Assembly (NCBI GenBank): GCA_035524355.1
Contig: DATKPA010000019.1
Span: forward strand, 34,117 to 98,116
Length of the DNA: 64,000 nt
Origin: Phycisphaerae bacterium
Lineage (GTDB): Bacteria; Planctomycetota; Phycisphaerae; WQYP01
Direction: 5' to 3'
In this document: positions 11,159-20,568 of the stretch, piece after piece
Numbering within the stretch: the stretch's first letter is position 1
Layout of the letters: every line of letters starts with the position of its first letter
The notes under the pieces: model-generated
What the model was told of the DNA's origin: nothing
Databases searched by the model: none
Seen by the model: the letters and a program-made list of their open reading frames with translations, nothing else
Position numbers and translations under genes: made by a program

Positions 11159-12903
11159 CACGCATCATACGCTTCCGGAATCACCTTCCGCGTCTCATCC
11201 CGCAGGTACCCCAGGATCTGCTGCGAATGCTCAAAGCTCATCACCCGCCGCGCCACCTTCTGCGCGTCGCTGATGTTGATCGACCGGATCACCTTTTTCA
11301 CTTCCGGGATCGAGTGCGGCGTGATCGACAGCGTCCGCAACCCCATCCCCACCAGCAGGATTACAAATTCAATATCCGCCCCCAGCTCCCCGCAAAGGCT
11401 CACCGAAATATTCGCGCGGTTCCCCACGCGGATCACATTCCGTATCAACGCCAGCACCGCCGGATGCGCCCCCGTGTACAACCCCGCCACCTTCTGATTC
11501 CCCCGGTCCACCGCCAATGTGTACTGAATCAGATCATTCGTCCCGATCGAGAAAAAATTGCACTCCTTCGCATACGTGCTCGCCATCAGTGCTGCCGACG
11601 GCACCTCGATCATCATCCCCACCGGAATGTGCGGATTGTACGCAATGTCCGCCTCGTCCAGCTCCTCCATCACATCCTTCAACACCATCTTCGCCTGCCG
11701 CAGCTCCATCGGTGTTGTGATCATCGGGAACATCACCCGCACATCCCCCAGCACCGATGCCCGCAGAATCGCCCGCAACTGCGTCTTGAACATGTCCAGG
11801 TTCGCGAGGCATAGCCGAATCGAGCGACATCCCAAAAACGGATTGTCCTCCTCTTCCCGCTCCTGCCACGGTGAATACTTGTCCGCCCCCAGATCCAGCG
11901 TCCGAATCACAATCGGCCGCCCCCCCAGCTTCCGAATCGCCTCCGCATACGCCCCGTAATGATCATCCTCCGTCGGCTCCTTCTCCGACGCCAGGTACAA
12001 AAACTCCGTGCGATAGAGCCCGATCCCCACCGCCCCCTTCGCCAAAGCATTTTCCACTTCATGCGGAAACTCGATGTTCCCCATGAGCCCGATTTCCGTC
12101 CCATCCTTCGTCTTCGCCGGCAGATCCTTCAAGTGCAGCAACTGCCGCTCGAACTCGACCTGCTTCTCTTCGTGCTTCCGGTTTTCCGCGATCGTCACCG
12201 GATCCGGGTTGATGATCACCACCCCCGAATGCCCGTTCACGATCAGCGTGTCGCCGCTCGTCACCTCCTGCGTGATGTTCTCCAGACCGACGATCGCCGG
12301 TATCCCCATCGAGTTCGCAATGATCGCCGTGTGGCTCGTCCGCCCGCCCGCATCGATGCAGATCGCCCGGATCTTCGTCCGATCCAGCGATGCCGTCTGC
12401 GACGGCGTCAGATCATGCGCCACCAGCGCCACCGGCTCCGTAATATCCGACAGCCGCACCCGCTCCCGCCCCTGCAGCTTGTTGATCAGCCGCCGCTCAA
12501 TGTCATAAATGTCCTTCACCCGGTCGCGGAAGTACGCATCCTTCTGCTTCAGGAACTGTTTCGAGTATTCCCGCAGCGAGCGCGATACCGCATATTCCGC
12601 CGTGAACCGATGCTTCTCCACCCCCTGGTAAAACGTCTCCAGCAGCGTCGGATCGTCCAGCAGCCCGAGATGAAAATTGAAGATCGCCCCCGTTTCCTGC
12701 CCGAAGTCCCGCGCCGTTTGATCCCGCAACAACCCGATGTCCGTACGCGATCCGGAAAGCGCCTCCGAAAGACGCTGCCGCTCGCTCTCAATCTCCGCCG
12801 CTGGAATGGCCCGCCGCCCGATGCGCAGGTCATCGTCCAAGAGCAGAAGTGCCTGGCATACCACAACGCCAGACGAGACGCCGATGCCTTTCTTGAATTC
12901 CAT
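11158..12903 (-). CDS. ptsI: Phosphoenolpyruvate-protein phosphotransferase (PTS enzyme I)
   Basis: GGRTSHTAI phospho-His motif, GLYRTEFLY, RTLDLGADK, FSIGTNDLIQY. Confidence 0.96.
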   Translation of the reverse strand: MEFKKGIGVSSGVVVCQALLLLDDDLRIGRRAIPAAEIESERQRLSEALSGSRTDIGLLRDQTARDFGQETGAIFNFHLGLLDDPTLLETFYQGVEKHRFTAEYAVSRSLREYSKQFLKQKDAYFRDRVKDIYDIERRLINKLQGRERVRLSDITEPVALVAHDLTPSQTASLDRTKIRAICIDAGGRTSHTAIIANSMGIPAIVGLENITQEVTSGDTLIVNGHSGVVIINPDPVTIAENRKHEEKQVEFERQLLHLKDLPAKTKDGTEIGLMGNIEFPHEVENALAKGAVGIGLYRTEFLYLASEKEPTEDDHYGAYAEAIRKLGGRPIVIRTLDLGADKYSPWQEREEEDNPFLGCRSIRLCLANLDMFKTQLRAILRASVLGDVRVMFPMITTPMELRQAKMVLKDVMEELDEADIAYNPHIPVGMMIEVPSAALMASTYAKECNFFSIGTNDLIQYTLAVDRGNQKVAGLYTGAHPAVLALIRNVIRVGNRANISVSLCGELGADIEFVILLVGMGLRTLSITPHSIPEVKKVIRSINISDAQKVARRVMSFEHSQQILGYLRDETRKVIPEAYDA

Positions 12904-13283
12904 GAACGACGATGCTTTCCGCTGCGAGGCCCGCCGAGCGTCGATCTACACCTCCGCGCTTCGAACAAAGCGCAGACGGCGATGACACGGTCAGGGGGCG
13001 CCGGAGCTGTTGACGAAAGATGCTTCCGGGGAAAGAAGCAGAGCTTCCTATGGGATCAACACTTAGAATAATCGAGATCCTCCCGACCGTAAAGCCACCA
13101 CTTCCCCAGATTGACATCCCCGCCCGATAACCTGCTTCCCCCCAAGCGCCGACCTCTACTAACACAAGCGAATCCCATCCCCCATGCGACTCCCTGCTCA
13201 TTCTGAATTCGCTTATTCACTCATTCCGAATTCCACCCTCCCCCGTTATCCTACCCCACTCCCTTTTTACGGAGATTCTTTCC

Positions 13284-14600
13284 ATGCCCACACACTCCCC
13301 CTCCCCCCGCTCCGCCACCACCGGCATCGCCGTCATCGGCTGCGGCATCATCGGCTCCGCTGTCGCCGACGCACTCCTCAAGGAAACCAAACTCTTCCGC
13401 GAACGCTCCGGCATCACCCTCCAGCTCCGCCACATCGTCGAACGCGACATCCAACGCACCAAAAACGCCGGCATGCCCGCCAAACTCCTCACCGACAACT
13501 ACAACACCGCCCTCAATGACAAAAACACCCACATCGTCGTCGAACTCATCGGCGGCCTCGAACCCGCACGAACATTTGTCTTGAAGGCGCTCAAGGCCGG
13601 CAAACATGTCGTCACCGCCAACAAATACCTCCTCGCCGTCCACGGACACGAAATCCTCCACGCCGCCAAAAAGGCCAAACGCTGCGTCCAGTTCGAAGCC
13701 TCCTGCGGCGGCGCCATCCCCATCATCGCCGCACTCACCCAATCCCTCCTCGCCAACGACATCTCTCGCGTCGTCGGCATCGTCAACGGCACCTGCAACT
13801 ACATCCTCACCCAGATGACCCAGTCCGGCCAATCCTACGCCGACGCACTCGCCGGCGCACAAGCCGCAGGCTTCGCCGAACGCGACCCCACCTTCGACGT
13901 CAACGGCACCGACTCCGCCCACAAACTCGCCATCCTCTCCTCACTCGCCTTCGGCGCAGAAGTCCCCTTCGACAAAATCGAACGCACCGGCATCGACACT
14001 CTCTCCGATATCGACCTCAAATTCGCCAAAGAATTCGGCTACGTCTGCAAACTCCTCGCCATCGGCGAAAAGACAGATGGCGGCCTCTCCCTCCGCGTCC
14101 ACCCAACCTTCGTCTCCGCCGACCAGCTCCTCGCCAACGTCCACGGCTCCTTCAACGCCATCTCCGTCCACGGCCACGCCGCCGGCCAAACCCTCTACTA
14201 CGGCCGCGGCGCCGGCGGTAAACCCACCTCCTCCGCCGTCATCTCCGACATCCTCGACATCGCCCTCGGCACCGCCCCCCTCCTCTTCGAAAAACTCCCC
14301 CTCCTCACCAAAAAACGCACCCTCCCCTTCATCCCCAGCACCCAAATCATCTCCCGCAACTACCTCCGCGTCACCGCCCTCGACGTTCCCGGCGTCATGG
14401 CCCAAATCACCAACATCCTCTCCAAACACAAAATCTCCCTCGCCGGCCTCAACCAGCACGAATCCAAAGCCGGCCAACCCGTCCCCATCATCATCACTAC
14501 CCACGAAGCCAAAGACGGCGACATCCTCAAAGCCCTCGCCGAAATCGACCAGCTCAAACCCATCACCGCCAACACCATCCGCATCCGCGTTCTTGCGTAG
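13284..14600 (+). CDS. hom: Homoserine dehydrogenase with C-terminal ACT domain
   Basis: GCGIIG, VVTANK, FEASCGGAIPII, GIVNGTCNYIL, YYGRGAGG. Confidence 0.95.
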   Translation: MPTHSPSPRSATTGIAVIGCGIIGSAVADALLKETKLFRERSGITLQLRHIVERDIQRTKNAGMPAKLLTDNYNTALNDKNTHIVVELIGGLEPARTFVLKALKAGKHVVTANKYLLAVHGHEILHAAKKAKRCVQFEASCGGAIPIIAALTQSLLANDISRVVGIVNGTCNYILTQMTQSGQSYADALAGAQAAGFAERDPTFDVNGTDSAHKLAILSSLAFGAEVPFDKIERTGIDTLSDIDLKFAKEFGYVCKLLAIGEKTDGGLSLRVHPTFVSADQLLANVHGSFNAISVHGHAAGQTLYYGRGAGGKPTSSAVISDILDIALGTAPLLFEKLPLLTKKRTLPFIPSTQIISRNYLRVTALDVPGVMAQITNILSKHKISLAGLNQHESKAGQPVPIIITTHEAKDGDILKALAEIDQLKPITANTIRIRVLA

Positions 14601-14711
14601 GTCGAATGACTACTCAAAATTAGGTCAGCGCAAGCCTCACGTCCCGCCCGCCTGCGCTCTTAAAATACGCTCATGCCGTTCCTCTGTAATCACGAGCCGG
14701 GGAATTGAGCC

Positions 14712-15467
14712 ATGACACATTTTCGCACGCCCCTCACCGTCACCCTTTCCCTCTGCACCTTCGCCGCCGTCGCACACGCCCTCGTCCTCGGCCCCGGCGA
14801 CTACAACTTCGGCCCGCTCCCCGACGCCGATCCCACCTCCCTCCCCACCCTCGCCGGCTCCGTCGTCGCCTCTCAATCCCTTCCCTTCACCGTCACCCTC
14901 CAAACCACCCCCGTCGGATTCACCGGCACTCTCAACAACTGGATCACGCGCGAATCCTCCGGCACTCTCGACTTCTATTACCAGATCTCCATCGACACAA
15001 CCTCATCCTACTCCTATCCCATCACCCCGCCCTTCACCAAGCCCCTCGGCCTCGCCCCCATTTACTCCTCCGGCTTCGACCACTGCTTCACCGACTTCTA
15101 CCACCCCACCAATCCCGCAGACGTCACCCCCTCCTTCCCCTTCCGCTCCCCCGACGGCGATACCCTCCGCGTCGGCTACAGCGACGGCATCGTCAACTTC
15201 AATCTCGCCCCCGGCGACACCTCCTCCTTCCTCTTCCGCACCGACGCCACCGACTTCCAATACACCGGCACCACCGAACTTACCTTCCTGATCCCCCTCG
15301 ACAACCCCCTCGACCCCGGCGATCCCTTCGATTCCGCCGCAACCGACTCCATCCTCCTCCCCACCTTCGCCCCCGTCGGCCAAATCGCCCCCGAACCCGC
15401 CTCCCTCTTCTTGCTCCCACTCGCCCTCCTCCCCATCTCCCTCCTCCGCCGCCCATCACGCGCATAA
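14712..15467 (+). CDS. PEP-CTERM exported protein (cargo 1)
   Basis: Signal peptide and C-terminal APEPASLFLLPLALLPISLLRR. Confidence 0.85.
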   Translation: MTHFRTPLTVTLSLCTFAAVAHALVLGPGDYNFGPLPDADPTSLPTLAGSVVASQSLPFTVTLQTTPVGFTGTLNNWITRESSGTLDFYYQISIDTTSSYSYPITPPFTKPLGLAPIYSSGFDHCFTDFYHPTNPADVTPSFPFRSPDGDTLRVGYSDGIVNFNLAPGDTSSFLFRTDATDFQYTGTTELTFLIPLDNPLDPGDPFDSAATDSILLPTFAPVGQIAPEPASLFLLPLALLPISLLRRPSRA

Positions 15468-15573
15468 CCTGTCCTGCCCCGACCTCCCCGTTATAATGTG
15501 CCCCCCACGGTAAAGTTCGACTCTAACCCGCGCGTCGCTCCATCCACGCGCCTTGCTCAACGAGACCACAAAT

Positions 15574-15729
15574 ATGAAATACGTCATCATCATCCCCGAC
15601 GGCGCCGCCGATACCCCCATCCCCGACCTCCACCACAAAACCCCTCTCGACGTCGCCAATAACCCCAACATCGACTGGGTCGCCACCCACGGCAAGCCCG
15701 GCACCATCCGCATCCGCGTGCTGCAATAA
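15574..15729 (+). pseudogene. Chimeric fragment: apgM 5' end fused to a hom 3' end
   Basis: MKYVIIIPDGAADTPIPDLHHKTPLDVANNPNIDWVATHGKPG matches the 16399 start; the end TIRIRVLQ* shares CACCATCCGCATCCGCGT with hom 14573-14590. Confidence 0.9.
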
Positions 15730-15794
15730 CAGCAAGGTTTCTGATATAATTGCCGATGAAGTTAACGACGGATGTCATCGTGGAGTCCTAGAAA

Positions 15795-16004
15795 ATGAAG
15801 GCGGATTGGCTTACAAAGGTGGATCGGACCGCTGTAAGCGTCACCTCCCTTACTGAGTCGGACGAACGGGATTTCTGGTTGGCGCGAACAGTCGAAGAAC
15901 GCCTGATGGCTCTCGAAGCAATGCGGCGGACGCTCTATGGATACAACGACCCTCCACCCCGACTTCAAAGAGTTGTTGAAGTTGTTCAACGAGGAGAACG
16001 TTGA
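15795..16004 (+). CDS. Small protein paired with a nucleotidyltransferase (putative antitoxin-like)
   Basis: 69 aa with FWLARTVEERLMALEAMR; TATAAT near 15745; overlaps the next gene. Confidence 0.7.
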   Translation: MKADWLTKVDRTAVSVTSLTESDERDFWLARTVEERLMALEAMRRTLYGYNDPPPRLQRVVEVVQRGER

Positions 16005-16383
16005 GTACCTTCTCATCGGATCGTACGCCGTTGCCGTCTATGGATATCCCCGCGGCACTGTCGACATGGACCTCTGGATCGCCGTGAATCCCGCCAATGC
16101 CGACCGCGTGATGAGTGCACTCCGAAAATTCGGCTTCGGCAACGTAGTTGATCGCGAATGGCTCCTCGATCCTAAGAAAATCGTTCGGATGGGGGTCCCG
16201 CCGTACCGGATCGAGATCAGCACTGAAATCAGTGGCGTCAATTTCGACGAATGTTATCCTCGTCGCCTTGCCGCTGTGGTCGATGGAATTCCCACGCAAG
16301 TGATTAGTCTTCCTGACCTGAAGATAAACAAACGCGCCGCGGCGCGCGACAAAGATTTGAACGACCTCAAGAATCTTCCATAA
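15937..16383 (+). CDS. Nucleotidyltransferase-fold protein (DUF6036-like)
   Basis: YLLIGSYAVAVYGYPRGTVDMDLWI and NKRAAARDKDLND. Confidence 0.8.
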   Translation: MDTTTLHPDFKELLKLFNEENVEYLLIGSYAVAVYGYPRGTVDMDLWIAVNPANADRVMSALRKFGFGNVVDREWLLDPKKIVRMGVPPYRIEISTEISGVNFDECYPRRLAAVVDGIPTQVISLPDLKINKRAAARDKDLNDLKNLP

Positions 16384-16398
16384 CCCAAGTGAGTTGAA

Positions 16399-17613
16399 AT
16401 GAAATACGTCATCATCATCCCCGACGGCGCCGCCGATACCCCCATCCCCGACCTCCACAACAAAACCCCCCTCGACGTCGCCAATAAACCCAACATCGAC
16501 TGGGTCTCCAAAAACGGCAAGCTCGGCACCGTCCGCACCACGCCCCCCAACTATTCCGCCGGCTCCGACGTCTGCACCCTCTGCCTCCTCGGCTACGACC
16601 CCGCCAAATACCACCCCGGCCGCGCCCCACTCGAAGCCGCCGCCATGGGCCTCCAGCTCGACCCCGACCTCGACTGGGTCTTCCGCTGCAACCTCGTCAC
16701 CATCATCGACGGCACCATGATGGACCACTCCGCCGGCCACATCGGCGACAAGGAAGCCCGCATCCTCCTCGAAGAAGTCCGCAAGTCCCTCGCCCCAGAC
16801 TCCGGCACCACACCCCTCACCTTCTACCCCGGCGTCAGCTACCGCAACCTCATGACCTACAGGGGCGGCGACTTCACCGGCCTGAAAACCACCCCGCCCC
16901 ACGACATCCCCGAACAACCCATCAAATCCTACATGCCCAAAGGCAAAGGCGGCGACATCCTCAGCAGCCTCATCACCAAATCCCACGAAATCCTCAAAAA
17001 CCACGAGATCAACCTCACCCGCCGCGACCTCGGCGAAAACGAAGCCACCCACATCTGGCTCTGGGGCCAGGGCAAAGCCGCCAACGTCCCCTCCTTCCAG
17101 TCCCGCTTCAAAAAATCCGGCGCCATGATCACCGCCGTCGACCTCCTCCGCGGCATCGCCAACCTCCTCGGCTGGACCAACCTCGACTCCCCCGGCATCA
17201 CCTCCTACCACGACACCGACTACGCCGCCCAGGGCCAAACCACCATCAACGCCCTCGACCACTACGACATCGTCTGCTGCCACGTCGAAGCCCCCGACGA
17301 AGCCTCCCACGCCGCCAACTTCACCGAAAAAGTCGACTCCATCGAAGCCATCGACAAACACGTCGTCGGCCCCGTCCTCGAAAAACTCAAAACCTACCCC
17401 GAATGGCGCATGCTCATCATGCCCGACCACGCCACCCAGTGCATGACCCGCAAGCACTACGACGAACCCGTCCCCTTCGCCATCGCCGGCACCGGCATCC
17501 CCCCCAAACAAAACCTCCAACTCCCCTACACCGAATCCGCCGCCAAACAATCCGACCTCCACATCCAGCAAGGCTACGACCTCATGGAATACTTCCTCTA
17601 CGGCAACAAATAG
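16399..17613 (+). CDS. apgM: Cofactor-independent phosphoglycerate mutase family protein (ApgM-like; proposed homoserine kinase type)
   Basis: IIIPDGAAD, GSDV, HVEAPDEASH and PDH metal ligands; located near hom. Confidence 0.88.
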   Translation: MKYVIIIPDGAADTPIPDLHNKTPLDVANKPNIDWVSKNGKLGTVRTTPPNYSAGSDVCTLCLLGYDPAKYHPGRAPLEAAAMGLQLDPDLDWVFRCNLVTIIDGTMMDHSAGHIGDKEARILLEEVRKSLAPDSGTTPLTFYPGVSYRNLMTYRGGDFTGLKTTPPHDIPEQPIKSYMPKGKGGDILSSLITKSHEILKNHEINLTRRDLGENEATHIWLWGQGKAANVPSFQSRFKKSGAMITAVDLLRGIANLLGWTNLDSPGITSYHDTDYAAQGQTTINALDHYDIVCCHVEAPDEASHAANFTEKVDSIEAIDKHVVGPVLEKLKTYPEWRMLIMPDHATQCMTRKHYDEPVPFAIAGTGIPPKQNLQLPYTESAAKQSDLHIQQGYDLMEYFLYGNK

Positions 17614-17681
17614 GGAACCCGTAGCGTCAGCGCCGGTGAGCCAACCTCTCCCACCACCAGCCCTCTCCCCGCGCACGCGGC

Positions 17682-17743
17682 GCAAACGCTCTCCCCAAAA
17701 ACAAACCCCCGTCATTTAGCCCCGAGTGATGAACACGGGGGGC
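17682..17743. repeat. About 60-bp repeat with GC hairpin, copy 1 (copy 2 at 19990-20048)
   Basis: AAACCCCCGTCATTTAGCCCCGAGTGATGAACACGGGGGGC versus AAACCCGTCATTTAGCCCCCCGCGATGAACGCGGGGGGC. Confidence 0.8.
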
Positions 17744-17850
17744 TTTCGCGCGCGCACAGGCCCACACGCACTCCTCCCAACCCACGAAATAAATCCGATC
17801 GAATAAAACACCCGTCATCCGGCACTTCACTCCCAAAACCACAACTTCCC

Positions 17851-19137
17851 GTGCCCTCTAATCGCGAGACCCTCATGCCACAAGCCACGAAACTCGGCAT
17901 CCCACGCGCCATTCTCCTTGGCGCCGCTTCCGCAGTTGGCTCCTTCTCGATGCGCGCACACGCCACAACCATCTGGTCCGCCGGACCCACCGACCTCAAC
18001 TTCTCCCTCGCCACCGGCGCCGACGTCACCCTCCCGCAAAATCAGGACCGCATCACCCCCACCGTCTGGGTCACCCGCAACTCTTTTCACGGCATATTCA
18101 ATGCCTACTCGGAGACCTTTTTCGGCAGCTCCAGCCCCGCCGACACGGAATGGGCCTTCTCCGGCCTCGGCGGAAATCCCACTTTCGCCTACGGAGCCGG
18201 CGCCGCCCTCTTTCCCACTCTCTCCTTCACCCCCTGGGGAACTTCCTTGGGCTCCACCGGTGGCCTTCAATTCAACATCACCTCCCATCCCGGCGTCGTC
18301 CATCTCATCACCAATGACACCTACATCGACATCAACTTCACCGCCTGGGGTTCTCACGGCGACAGCAGCTTCGCCTACACCCGCGCCACCGGTCTCATCT
18401 CCGCACTCTGGAACGGCTCCGCCGGCAACTGGTCCAACTCCACCAACTGGTCCACCAATCCCGCCTTCCCCAACAACTCCGCCAACTTCCACTTTGCCGC
18501 CGCCATCAACGCCGGTTCCGCTCTTCTCGACGTCATGGCCACCGTCAGTTCCCTCACTCTCGCCGGCTCTGCCAACGCCTGGACCTCCAACCTCGACCTC
18601 GCCAGCAACTCCCTCATCGTCCAGCCCGATCCCGCCGCAAAAGCCACCGCCTTCGCCACCTTGAACAACCAAATCGCCTTCGGCCAATCCCACTTCGCCG
18701 GAGGGGGAGCGGCAGGGGCTTCGGGGGCGGCGGCCGGCATCACCGATTCCACACTCCCCGCCAACTTCGGCATCGCTCTCCTCGACAACGCCCTCACCCA
18801 CTTCACCACCTTCCGCGGACAACCCGCGGACGCCAACTCACTCCTCCTCTCCCCTGAACTCCTCGGCGACGCCAACGCCGACGGACACGTCGACCTCACC
18901 GACCTCTCCACCGTCCTCAACAACTTCGGAACCGCCACCCCCAACTGGACCGACGGCAACTTCGACAACGCCCCCACCATCGACCTCACCGACCTCTCCG
19001 CCGTCCTGAACAACTTCGGCCAATCCAACCCCAACGCCAACACCGCCGGATTGGCCACCGCCACGCCCGCGCCCGAACCCGCCTCCCTTACAATCCTGCT
19101 TCTCGCCGGGCAAATCCTGCAACGCCGCCGCAAGTAA
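17851..19137 (+). CDS. PEP-CTERM protein with dockerin-like repeats (cargo 3)
   Basis: Signal peptide, QDRITPTVWVTR domain, GDANADGHVDLTDLSTVLNNFG and GNFDNAPTIDLTDLSAVLNNFG, APEPASLTILLL...RRRK; start may be 17875. Confidence 0.88.
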   Translation: MPSNRETLMPQATKLGIPRAILLGAASAVGSFSMRAHATTIWSAGPTDLNFSLATGADVTLPQNQDRITPTVWVTRNSFHGIFNAYSETFFGSSSPADTEWAFSGLGGNPTFAYGAGAALFPTLSFTPWGTSLGSTGGLQFNITSHPGVVHLITNDTYIDINFTAWGSHGDSSFAYTRATGLISALWNGSAGNWSNSTNWSTNPAFPNNSANFHFAAAINAGSALLDVMATVSSLTLAGSANAWTSNLDLASNSLIVQPDPAAKATAFATLNNQIAFGQSHFAGGGAAGASGAAAGITDSTLPANFGIALLDNALTHFTTFRGQPADANSLLLSPELLGDANADGHVDLTDLSTVLNNFGTATPNWTDGNFDNAPTIDLTDLSAVLNNFGQSNPNANTAGLATATPAPEPASLTILLLAGQILQRRRK

Positions 19138-19182
19138 CGCGGGCATCCTGCCCGCCTATGCCCCGCAGGGCATTCGATCGCC

Positions 19183-19298
19183 ACCCCGCCAAACAAAACA
19201 TCCAACTCCCCTACACCGAATCCGCCGCCAAACAAGGCGACCTCCACATCCAGCAAGGCTACGACCTCATGGAGTATTTCCTGTACGGCAACAAGTAA
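19183..19298 (+). pseudogene. Displaced copy of the apgM 3' end (copy 2)
   Basis: PAKQNIQLPYTESAAKQGDLHIQQGYDLMEYFLYGNK* versus apgM PPKQNLQLPYTESAAKQSDLHIQQGYDLMEYFLYGNK*. Confidence 0.93.
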
Positions 19299-19491
19299 CG
19301 CGGGCATCCTGCCCGCAATTCATGGGAAAAGCCGACGGATTCGATCCGTCGGTCCCCTCTGCGCACACACCCCTCTCGCCCCCCCACGCAACCGCTCCAA
19401 TTCCATCGCCACTTTTCCTTTGCCTCCAACGCCTCACCCCGCTAAATTCACCCCACACACGCCTCGACCCTCATTCAACAAGGAGCCACCC

Positions 19492-19944
19492 ATGTCCTCC
19501 CCCCTCCGCAAAACCTGGCAGGACTGCAAAAAACAAATGGGCCCCAACTCCGACAAACAATTCAAAGAAGACCTCGGCCCAACCCTCGACAAAGCCCAGG
19601 ACGCCTTCGACGCCGTCGTCGCCGAAAACAAAAGGAAGATCAAGGTCGAAGGATATTCCGATTCCACCGCCGACCTCGCCAAACTACGCTCCAAGACCGC
19701 CACCGCCCTCCCCCTCCACGAAAAAGTCCACAAGGTCGCCACCACCTACAAAAGCACCGTCGACAAAATGGACAAAAAAGCCCCCGGCGTCGCCAACGCC
19801 CTCAAGTGCCTGAACGACATCCTCACCCATTTCCAAAACCAGGAAAACCTGCTGGTCCAGCACTGCCCCAGCGAAAAAGACGCCGAACGCTTCAAACAAG
19901 CCTACGCCACCGCCACCCTCAAAAAAATGAACCCCGGAATCTAA
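19492..19944 (+). CDS. Hypothetical Lys-rich helical protein (cargo 4)
   Basis: AGGAG RBS before ATG 19492; 150 aa containing FKEDLGPTLDK. Confidence 0.75.
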   Translation: MSSPLRKTWQDCKKQMGPNSDKQFKEDLGPTLDKAQDAFDAVVAENKRKIKVEGYSDSTADLAKLRSKTATALPLHEKVHKVATTYKSTVDKMDKKAPGVANALKCLNDILTHFQNQENLLVQHCPSEKDAERFKQAYATATLKKMNPGI

Positions 19945-20167
19945 TCGCCGCCCCCGTTCCCCACCGACAATCCCCCCACCGCCCCGCCCCAAACGCCCCC
20001 TCCCCAATCAAACCCGTCATTTAGCCCCCCGCGATGAACGCGGGGGGCCACCGGCACCCACCCAACCAGACACAACGCCCCGACTACTCGACATCCCCCC
20101 GCCCCACCAACATTCACCCGCGGCCCTCGAAACCGCGCCCGCAACTCCAACCCACCGCCACACCTAC

Positions 20168-20266
20168 CAAAACCTCCAACTCCGCTGCACCGAACCCGCC
20201 GCCAAAAACCGACCTCCATATCCAACAAGGCAACCCCGACCGCGCTTGGAACTACGTCCTCCACCG
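20168..20266 (+). pseudogene. Degenerate copy of the apgM 3' end (copy 3)
   Basis: CAAAACCTCCAACTCCGCTGCACCGAACCCGCCGCCAAAAACCGACCTCCATATCCAACAAGGC...TGGAACTACGTCCTCCAC aligns to 17509-17605 with indels. Confidence 0.82.
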
Positions 20267-20459
20267 CGCTGTCCGTCCGGCATTTCAATACGACGGCTGG
20301 CCGTTCTCCGTGTTGTCGCCCTGGACGAGACAAATCATTGCTTGCCACTCCAGTTCGAATGCCTTTAGGGCAGTGCGAAGGCCATGAAGGGAATCTTTCG
20401 CAGCGTAGTGCCGACGAGCTAAACCCACCGCATGACACGAAAGGTCCATCGATCCTTTA

Positions 20460-20491
20460 TGACATTCACTTGCATTTACAGTTTGATTGCA
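20460..20491. promoter_or_regulatory. Putative tandem metalloregulator (Zur-like) boxes
   Basis: TGACA-TTCAC-TTGCA and TACAG-TTTGA-TTGCA, 17 bp apart, upstream of the COG0523 gene. Confidence 0.5.
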
Positions 20492-20568
20492 TACAATGGA
20501 TCAAGTTCTGAAAGCGATGTGGGATGTTCGCAATTGCCGCCCGACGGCGGCATGTATGGAGTGGAAAA

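Noticed and set aside
12904-13283. ncRNA or tRNA in the ptsI-hom intergenic region
   Set aside because: Only short hairpins and a degenerate repeat; no cloverleaf or known RNA motif recognised.
15850-17715. 621-aa minus-strand ORF and many similar long shadow ORFs (e.g. 45313-46917, 57561-59378, 31431-32867)
   Set aside because: They are antisense to well-supported genes and arise from high GC and skewed codon usage; no recognisable motifs.
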